Shown in pieces: positions 55,508 through 64,000 of a DNA stretch of 64,000 nucleotides. Where the stretch lies: the NCBI GenBank assembly GCA_946965045.2, contig OX337242.1, forward strand, positions 1,612,001 through 1,676,000, given 5' to 3'. Below the pieces are notes generated by a model. The model was given only the letters and a program-made list of their open reading frames with translations, was not told the origin of the DNA and searched no databases. The stretch comes from Epithemia pelagica. Its lineage: Eukaryota > Protista > Bacillariophyta. How positions within the stretch are numbered: the stretch's first letter is position 1; every line of letters starts with the position of its first letter. Position numbers and translations under genes: made by a program.

Positions 55508-56504
55508 TCAAGAAACAACCAGGTAGTTGTTTGGAGCTGAAGTGCGTTTTGCTTTCTTTGTGGATGTTGTTGTTTTGGTGGATTTGTTGGATCTGGAGGA
55601 GAATTCGTCCTCCACTGTTTGTTCCGTCTCGGTGGTTACATGACAATGATGATTGTCATTGTGAGGACGCAAGCTCACGAGTTTTTGTCGTACCGACACG
55701 GCAGTTTCCAAGAAATTCAAGACAATGTTGAGAAAGTCTTTGGCCGACACTTCTGCGACGCGATCCGTGTACGAAAACATGACTTCGGAGGGAGTCACGG
55801 CACCCGTTTGGGCTCCCTTTTTGACCGACACACATCCACCACGTGTATCGCCTGAACAATTGAAATTACCGATTGACAAATATTTTGTGAGAATGCAGTT
55901 CAAATGGAACATAGTCAGTCAAATGTCCTTGCTTTGACCTACCTTGCAAATAGTTCATTTCGAGGAGCATGTCTTTCATGGGTTCGGTCAATTCCGAAAC
56001 AATATTTCGAGTATAGAGTGAAAAGAGTTCCCCTTTTTCTGGGACATCGACCACCACAACCATGTCCTGGAACCGAAAGGCGCAGCATCCTTTGTCGTTC
56101 AAATTCAAGGACAAGGATCCACTCAAATGCTGCGCCACAAATTGGAGAAAGCAATCAATCTTGGCACGGGGACCCGAAAATTTGTTTCCACACGAGCTTT
56201 TGTTGCAGTGTTGATTGTTTGGCGAAGACTCGAGCGGTGGCTTAGTCGACTCTTCGGTTTTGGATTTGGACTGTTCGTGAAGGACCCATTCCTGTCCCAT
56301 GAATTCATGAATGGTGTCCCGCAAGGCGTTATTTGGCACCAGCATTGTTTCACTAAGTGGTTGACGACTAATGGGTGATGTCCGATATTCTTGAATCCAT
56401 TTCAGAAGAGCAGATCGCTCGTACGTGTTTCCTTCGGCATCCAATACTGGTTCAAGCATGACTTCCAGCGTTAAGGGACACAAAAAGCCCTTGGGAACAG
56501 TCAT
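55508..56504 (-). CDS. U-box E3 ligase domain fused to a CesT/Tir-chaperone-like domain, 2 exons (56504-55943, 55851-55508)
   Basis: FLCPLTLEVMLEPVLDAEGNTYERSALLKW...SPISRQPL...PNNALR (U-box); LNLNDKGCCAF...LLEMNYLQG-DTRGGCVSV...DFLNIVLNFLETA (CesT-like). A GTAGGT...CAG intron restores the frame. The start may lie further upstream. Confidence 0.8.
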
Positions 56505-57265
56505 TGTGGTCCATGAGCCAGTGGTATTGCATTCATTGTTTTCCACAAGAGGACTCTCTTGTCGATGTTGGCTATTGTGGTGATTGTCGCTTTCAAAAAT
56601 GGCACATTTCTCTCTTCGTTGACGCTTGGATGATGTGCCACTCTCAGAACAGGCGGACCATGTGCAAACTCGTTTTTGGTGCCATGTTTCAATGCCCATG
56701 TTCGGTTCTATGTGGAATGTCCAATTGGAGTGGGCTTGTTTTCCCAGAGCTTTTGAAAATTGTGAGCTGCTGTTGTGGAAACGCCGTCCCTTCTTCGTCT
56801 CCCCAAAGAGAAAATGTGGAATGAATAGAGGAGCGCGTGTGCAGTTTTTGGGGCACCCACCCTCATGAATCAAACCAGAAATCGAAACTTGTGCAACAAG
56901 ACATCCGATCTACTTGAAACACGGGTTGCTTTTTGATTGTTTGGCGCAGCAAATGGACAAGATGCAAGACGCAAGACCCTCGATCCCATTCAAGACAACC
57001 TCCATGGTGGGCAATTCTGTGAGAGGAACGGAACCAAGAACTGATATTAAGCCCATAGGACTCTCAAAGTGTCGGCAATATTTGTAGGGGGAATGATTAC
57101 ACTATAGCCCCATAAAGAACATTGCTTGGGCCTCTAGAGAGAGAGTCCTTGAGAGCTACGAGTATTATACAATAGCAACTACTCCTATGTTGATAATACC
57201 CCTCCTACCTACCCTCACCCTCCTACTGACAAACTCAAAAAAACTCCGTAGCCGATTGTTTGATT

Positions 57266-57358
57266 GTGTCCATTGTCCGTTGCAAGAATTGTCAATTGCC
57301 CATTGTCCGTTGCTGGAATTGTCAAGTGTCCATTGTCCATTGTCCATGCGACAATTGC
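57266..57358. repeat. Short intergenic tandem repeat (about 30-bp units built from TGTCCAT/TGTCAA)
   Basis: CATTGTCCGTTGCAAGAATTGTCAATTGCC followed by CATTGTCCGTTGCTGGAATTGTCAAGTGTC, then CATTGTC repeats. Confidence 0.7.
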
Positions 57359-58177
57359 GAGTATAAGAAGCAGGTGAATCAATGTCATAGAAACTATCGA
57401 AAATCTCGGACAGATGCGTACCAAATAATACGTATATCATATTATTTCGCGCCGTATTCCATTAGATGTTTTGTCCCTCTCTTGTATTGCTCTGCGTCTA
57501 GGCTTAGGCACACTGGTTCGGACTCTTTTGGAGAGGGCAATGTTTTTTTCATCCTTGCAGGCATACTTGCTGGAAACTTGAGACCTTGGATGAGACAAAT
57601 CGGATGGGTGGAAAAAGTAGTAACATCCCATGTGCTCAAGATTCATGGCCCCACAGGTGGGAAATTGCCCGCTATTGCCTTCCAATCCCGCCGCCACCTG
57701 CAGAACGAAGCGTCTCACTAGGACATCTAGCAGGTCAGGGCAAGACGCTCGCAAGAAACATACAAGGAGATCCCAACAGATCCGTAACAATACTGATCGG
57801 TTGCTTCGCTTCCGATTCTCTTTCAAGGATGCTTTGACCCATTTGGGTTTCCAGTGTAGCCCGTCTTGCCGATTTGCCACGACACGGCAACCAACCTTGC
57901 TGCTCATTCTTCTTCATGCTTCTACGTGGCTCTGTCCTTGTCACATTATTTTTGTGTTGCGTTTGCGTCGTGAGCAGACTTATAATCCGTTGTCGTAGCA
58001 GTAACAGTAACTGATGAGCTTCCACTCATTCATGAGGGCGACAAGCACAAAGCTATGGTCATCTTTCTGCAGCCTTAAACCTTGGGTAGCTTAGGTAGTC
58101 TTTGTCGCCTATCTGTCTGTCTGTCCGTGGCTCGTTTTCATCGACCACCGACCACCTACACCTATCTCTATCTATGA

Positions 58178-58990
58178 TTGAAACTTGAGACAAACACAAC
58201 GAGGAACGACGGCGGAGGGATTGTATCGATGACCATGGTAAAGACAGAAAATGCTATCAAGAAACGAAATGTTCCAAATGAACGCAGTCGTTCGTTGGGT
58301 ACAGGCTCTCGAAATAGCTCTTCCTCAAATTGGTGGAAATCCAATAGTCGTTCCACCAAGCATGTCATGGACAAGTATCGTGCCCGCAAGGAACGCAAAC
58401 GCCAAGCAACTGCTCGGTCGTTACGTTCCTATCAAAAAGCCTGCAAAGCAGCTGGATATTCTCCGGGTCAGGGTGCCAGTCGAAAACGTCGACGGCTTAC
58501 AAACGAGGATGATAACGCCAAAGAAGAAAGTCCTCGTGAAGACTCGCCAAATGTTGGCGAGGTTGAGGATGAAGCTAGTTCGACGACATTGAAAAATGAA
58601 TCGAAAGAATCGAACAATCCATCTAGAGATCAATTTGGATTAGATGAGTCTGCAAGGGATAGAAAGTATAACACGGAAATCGAAACGGAGGTGGATGGGC
58701 GGAAAGAAGTTGTGGCTGCTTCAGGGAACCAGACGGAGGATGGAACCGTGGCTAGAAAACGTCGGCGACACGGTGGCATTGTATCCTCGAAAAAGGCGGC
58801 CAAATGGAGAGACGAAAGACGTCAAAAGGTGGAAGATAAATCGCGCAACGAACAAGAGCGATTGCAAAAAATGCGCGAACGGAAGGAGCGATCTCGAAAA
58901 ATGAAACAGCGAACTGCCAAGGGACAACCAATTTTGCAATATCAAGTACAAGATATTTTGCAAAAATTACAACAAGAGCAAGAAGAATAG
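58178..58990 (+). CDS. Basic nucleolar protein, rRNA-processing FYV7/CCDC59 (TAP26)-like
   Basis: K/R-rich coiled coil ending RSRKMKQRTAKGQPILQYQVQDILQKLQ, matching the TxKGQP...LLxKI C-terminal motif. Confidence 0.7.
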   Translation: MKLETNTTRNDGGGIVSMTMVKTENAIKKRNVPNERSRSLGTGSRNSSSSNWWKSNSRSTKHVMDKYRARKERKRQATARSLRSYQKACKAAGYSPGQGASRKRRRLTNEDDNAKEESPREDSPNVGEVEDEASSTTLKNESKESNNPSRDQFGLDESARDRKYNTEIETEVDGRKEVVAASGNQTEDGTVARKRRRHGGIVSSKKAAKWRDERRQKVEDKSRNEQERLQKMRERKERSRKMKQRTAKGQPILQYQVQDILQKLQQEQEE

Positions 58991-59687
58991 ACCAGTGCGT
59001 TTGAATGATGTGGAAGCGGATTGAGGGCCGACCCCAACTAGATCGCAACTGCTTCTGATGCCATGAATCGTTTCCTTTTTCTGGTCATTCTGTAAAGGAG
59101 CTGGTCGTAGCAGAAGGTTTTTTACGGTTACGTGCGTGAGACGGTTTCGTCTACACGCTTGAGATTTACGCGTGGTATGCTTGTTTTGCTTTAAACAACT
59201 GTTTCAAGAACGAGTGAATCAAGAAATGGACCATTGTTTTGTTGTAATTCGTGGTCACGGAATGTTGTCCTTTACGAGAACGCATTGCTTCTTTCCAATG
59301 CACTTGAATGTCTATGATTATCTATTTCATGGAGAAGAGGAGCTGCTAAGAAGCAACCCTAGGTAGTTTACGCCCAACTGGTGATTACGAACTGTCTACC
59401 TAGTAGACATACTTTATTCAATACAGCTTTCGATTGCCTACTGAACAAGTGATTACAGACTATCGAAGTTTCATCTTCAATAAGAAGATTGATGTATCTG
59501 GCAATTTTACTGCTTCTTCTTCACAACCCAGCTAAATTCTCTACTTCTAACACAAGCATAATGACAGTTTGATCGCCCTAATTTTCAATTGCGAATCTCC
59601 GTTCCTCGGATGATTGCATCAAATTCTGATATTTGGACAAGCATACAGTCCAATGAACAAGATGACAGGGAATCGACAAAACAAGGT

Positions 59688-60305
59688 TTAGACCACTTCA
59701 TGATCAGGCTTTCCCTTGTCGTTGATTGTATGCCATGTGACATCCGGATCGGTTTTGACCAACGTAAGAATCAATCGATTTTCTTTTCGTTTGACCGATG
59801 CGGCCGAAATGGATCCCGCCAAGCGGGCAAAACATAGACAGGGCGGTGACGATGATGATTTCGCCTCTTCTGGATTTTGATAATTTTGTACCGTTAGAGA
59901 AAAACTTTTTTCCGTATATTCCAACACAATGTCTTCGTCTTTGCATTGTTCTCCGATATTGGGCAATTCAATGTACAATTTCACTTTGGACGGTTCATCC
60001 AAAAAGGCGTAGGAGGTGATATTGGACCTGGCATAATCAAAGGTCGATGAGGCCGATCGGTGCAAGGCATTCGACGAGTCTACCGCTGAAGGACTGGACG
60101 AAGATGTCGATGACAAGAGTCGAGGTTCTGCTTTGCCATCCCAAGCCGGGCCGGTTGCCTTGTGGGAATGGGCAAAGTAATAGGCATTCTTGCCCTTACG
60201 CTCAATATTGTCTTGAAGGGCCGACTTTTTCAGAGATTCATTCTCTTCTTCAGACATATCTTCCGTGCGCTTCGTTTCTGGTTGATTCGTTGGTTCAGCT
60301 TGCAT
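59688..60305 (-). CDS. CS (p23/HSP20-like) domain co-chaperone
   Basis: KGKNAYYFAH N-terminal motif; SYAFLDEPSKVKLYIEL...FSLTV...LAGSI...KENRLILTLVK (CS fold). Start probably MQAEP (60305) or MSEEEN (60257). Confidence 0.8.
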   Translation of the reverse strand: MQAEPTNQPETKRTEDMSEEENESLKKSALQDNIERKGKNAYYFAHSHKATGPAWDGKAEPRLLSSTSSSSPSAVDSSNALHRSASSTFDYARSNITSYAFLDEPSKVKLYIELPNIGEQCKDEDIVLEYTEKSFSLTVQNYQNPEEAKSSSSPPCLCFARLAGSISAASVKRKENRLILTLVKTDPDVTWHTINDKGKPDHEVV

Positions 60306-60556
60306 AGATTCCAATCTGATCAAAATGCCATTGTTTTGGGGACGAAACTGACAAATGAAAAATGAACCACCGCGATGGAAATGGACGGATGTCCAACGAA
60401 AAAGTGAGACGATGACAATATGACAGATGACGAAATATCTCACACGACTCCATACTCCTTCCATTAGAGGGGACTGGTATAGGAGAGCTACTCCTATGCA
60501 GCTACCTCAAGTGAAAGTCAATACTCCTCTAGGAGTAAGGCTATCTCCACCTGGGG

Positions 60557-60670
60557 CCGCTAAAGGTCCAAAAACCGCTATCGAACTCCACCATCTCCTC
60601 TAACCGCTAAACAGCTCCACTATCCGCTATTTTTGCCGCCCCGAATAGCGGGGAAAATAGCGGATAGCGG
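60557..60670. repeat. Cluster of CCGCTA / TAGCGG inverted hexamers
   Basis: CCGCTA at 60557, 60575, 60604 and 60624; TAGCGG at 60646, 60658 and 60665; includes the stem CCGCTATT...AATAGCGG. Confidence 0.8.
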
Positions 60671-60748
60671 AGCAAAATATAACCGTCGGCATAAATAAAT
60701 TAACGTCTGCTGCCAACAGTATCTCTCGTGTCAAAAAAAAAAAAAAAA

Positions 60749-63700
60749 TATCCATCCTCAAGGAGAAACGAGACAACAAATCGACGACGAAGACGACCAT
60801 CCCCAATAGAGACCAACCACAAGTAGCCGCCCTCCCGTCGGTAACCTGGTAGCCATTATGATGGTGCACCGGCCGCGGAAACCGCCGTTCCACGAAACGG
60901 CTTTTCCGCCCCATGGCCCCCGCACGGCACGACCCACCTTCTCCCGACCACCAGCATCACACCTTACCGACTCCCCAACCCCCACAGCCGGTCCCAGTCA
61001 CCTAACCTCACAGCGCAAGTACTTCGCGTCATTTCCTCTCCCCTTGCCGCCCCAAACACCTCCTTGCTCACCATGGTCCCCAGCCCCCACCACCCAAACA
61101 CCCAACCAACCACCATCCCCCAGACACCAACCGACGCGCACCACACACACAAACACACACACCACTTCCACTTCCCCAACTACTCACAACGGACACTCCA
61201 ACCAATCCCGCAACCTTGACACCACTCACACATGCCACACCCCTACCAGCTCCCGGAACACCTTCTACCACCACGAACCCCCAATTCTGACCCCAACCAG
61301 ATGCCCGGACAACCCATACAGAACAACAACCGCACCACGTTTTCTTCCCCTGACCCCAACCAGAAGGCTCGACACCACTCTCCGACACCATCTCACACCA
61401 CATCCAACCCACCCGACTCCCAACAGATGCCACAAGACTTCCGCCACCCGCCCGCGTGACACCCCTCAACACCCAAGAACAAACCAATCATCCAACGTAC
61501 GCCCATGCCACACCCCTACCAGCTACCGGAACACCTTCTACCACCACGAACCCCCAATTCTGACCCCAACCAGATGCCCGGACAACCCATACAGAACAAC
61601 AACCGCACCACGTTTCCTTCCCCTGACCCCAACCAGAAGACTTGACACCACTATCCGACACCATCTCACACCACATCCAACCCAACCGACTCCCAACAGA
61701 TGCCACAAAACTTCCGCCACCCGCCCGCGTGACACCCCTCGACACCCAAGAACAAACCAATCATCCAACGTACGCCCCAAACAGACGCAACCTGACACCT
61801 CCCCCCAACCGGTACACTCCACCGCACACTACCCCCCAAGCCCCCATCCCCAACCGACCCAACCAACCCCTCAACCCTCCCACACGCAACCTAGCTCACA
61901 AAATCAGTTTTGTCCCAAAAATGTCCTTATCGTTACTCAACTACCAAAACCGCTCCTGATTCTACTCACCTCCACCATGGCACCGCCTCTTGCTCGCCAA
62001 AACCGCCTTTCCCACCAAGGAACCGACCACGTCCCCATCTCCACCCTCACCCCCCTGCCCAACAAAAACAAAAACAAGAAAAACAAGCACAAGCCCTCCC
62101 CGTCACCCACTGCATTCGACCATTTCAACAAGACCCTTCGCTCTATGTCCAAGCCCACGTCCCCTCCACACCTTCAACGCACCCCCACCCCCACGACCGC
62201 CTCCTCCACCGCCAACACGACACCGTCTCCCACCACCACCACGCCGTCTCCCACCACCACGCCAACCGCGACACCCAAGACCCCGTCCGCCCCTACCAAC
62301 ACACCCACCACCAAACCCTCCAACCCCAACCCCCCCCCTCCATCACCAACCCCTACAAGACACCCAAACACTCCACGAAACAAGCCACCCCGCCCAGCCT
62401 GTACTCCTACCACAACGAGGACAACCCCACCGACACCCCCACCGGCATGATCGTCTGGAACGCCTACGTCCACCACGACCCCGACCCACAACGCGAACAA
62501 CGCCTCCCTCCCCTCAGCGGCACCACCATCAAAAACATAATCGAAGCCACGTTAGAGCACCACAAGACCCGAGAAAACATCATCCTCCTCCAAGTCCACG
62601 AAGTTACGTACCAAAACACCAAGATCCCCTCCCCACCCCGACGCGGCATCACAAACTCCACGCCACGAGGCCACGTGTCCACATTCCAAGTCAAACTCCG
62701 CCCAACAGCCACAGACGACCAATTCGATCCCGAGCTTTTTCACGAACAAGCCCGCAAATTCATTTTACAAAAGTGGAACCACCACCACCACTCCGATTTC
62801 ACGCTGGACCCCACCACCGGGATCCGAGACATCCTCCCTCCAGGTACCCAAGAATCCCACCCCACCACCAACGAACGCGCCTCCCAACTCCGCTTGTATG
62901 CACCCGCGTGCAACCACACCGACTGTCGTGGTCTCGGCATCCTAGCAGGCCTCCCTCCGAAAACCCTTTTCCACAAACGCGCTTTTCTAGACGTCCTCGC
63001 CGCCATCCGCAAACAACTCCTCCCCTTCCTACCCAACGACCTCCACCTGACCGAGGATTTCAACACCCACATTGGCCTCCGTGACGGTACAATCACGGGC
63101 AGCCAATCTCCCAAGGGCCCACACCTCACCCTACCAACCCTCATCATCTCCGCATCTTCAACCGAGAAATTCGACACCCTCCTCGAAGCCACGGAAACAT
63201 ACACCGCCGCCAACAAACATGACCTCACCTACCACAACACCCCGTTTCACCTACTCCCCTTCCCAGAAAATCCCCTTGAACGCACCGAATACGTCAACAG
63301 CCTCAAGACCATCGAACAAAACTACTCGACATGCACCGTCGTACGCCTCCACAACATAAACCCCCAAGCTACCCCAGACGACTGGGACGCCTTATACCAC
63401 CTCAAGGACTACCGAGGCATCTTCCCACAGTTCACCGCCCACAACCCCTCCCCGGAGAGCCACCACCTTTATCTCCATTGCAACTTGGGAACCATCCATG
63501 TCACCCCCGCCAACATCCCACAAAAACTAGCCGCATTCCCCACCAACCTCCTCCTCACCACCACCGCGACCATCGCCTCCACAACACCACCGACCCCTCC
63601 TCCACACCGACCCTCCTCCATCCAACGCACCAAACGCCTCGCGGCCTTAGCCAACAGGTTTCACCCAATCCACAATTTCGTCGACCTCACCACCCCTCCA

Positions 63701-64000
63701 TCTTCCCCGACACCCAACACCGAACCCTTCCATGAACCAGACAACACGGACGAAACACTACAAACTCGCAAACGCCCCGCATCCCCACACGACGCCCCAC
63801 TCCCATCCGTCGACAGCAAACCACCCACCCCGCTCCGCTCCAACCACTTCGCCGCCCTCGCCGAAGAAGATGACGACGACAACCCCACGGATGCTCCCAC
63901 CACTCCTCCCCCCGACTCAAACCTCCTCACACACAACACGAAAAACAACCCCGATGCCAACAACTCCCCAGACGAACACACACGCCCTTCCGACCACCTC
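60749..64000 (+). mobile_element. Probable non-LTR retrotransposon 5' region and ORF1, running off the window
   Basis: Abrupt switch to extreme C/A-rich strand skew after an A16 tract (60733-60748); 273-bp tandem duplication; frame open 61895-64000 with globular-looking sequence (MIVWNAYVHH...) and an SNHFAALAE motif. No RT or endonuclease domain is inside the window. Confidence 0.5.
61231..61777 (+). repeat. 273-bp direct tandem repeat, two near-identical copies
   Basis: CATGCCACACCCCTACCAGCT...TCATCCAACGTACGCC starts at 61231 and 61504; internal CTGACCCCAACCAGA sub-repeats. Confidence 0.92.

Noticed and set aside
57437-57907. ORF with FPTCGAMNLEHMGCYY, vaguely like an IBR/RING2 finger
   Set aside because: Most required Cys/His ligands are missing and the rest of the ORF is not protein-like; at best a decayed fragment.
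60858-63084. Long Pro/Thr/His-rich ORFs (530 aa and 364 aa) as real proteins
   Set aside because: Stop codons are rare in all plus frames because of the C/A skew. Only the part from about 61977, switching frame at the C run, looks like genuine coding sequence.

Overview
Gene-dense eukaryotic DNA with short GT-AG introns. It is most consistent with a pennate diatom (inference from the Copia end, a probable type III metacaspase, a bipartite plastid-targeting peptide and diatom-style ankyrin kinases). The window opens in the 3' end of a Ty1/copia LTR retrotransposon lying upstream of the last exon of a frameshifted metacaspase. About 22 host genes follow. These include a 2OG-Fe(II) oxygenase, sulfotransferase-like protein, PfkB kinase, beta-propeller/mucin-like secreted protein, Rab GDI, a GlmS-like multi-domain membrane protein, three paralogous ankyrin-repeat TKL kinases, a U-box-CesT fusion, a CCDC59-like protein and a CS-domain protein. 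The window ends in a C/A-skewed probable non-LTR retrotransposon. The most striking element is a roughly 6.7 kb two-gene cassette (about 47.3-54.0 kb). It holds an intact 1282-aa ORF with the motif order of a RAG1/Transib-type transposase and a convergent 548-aa partner ORF, the same layout as ProtoRAG. All domain calls are by motif recognition by eye; no database searches were run.
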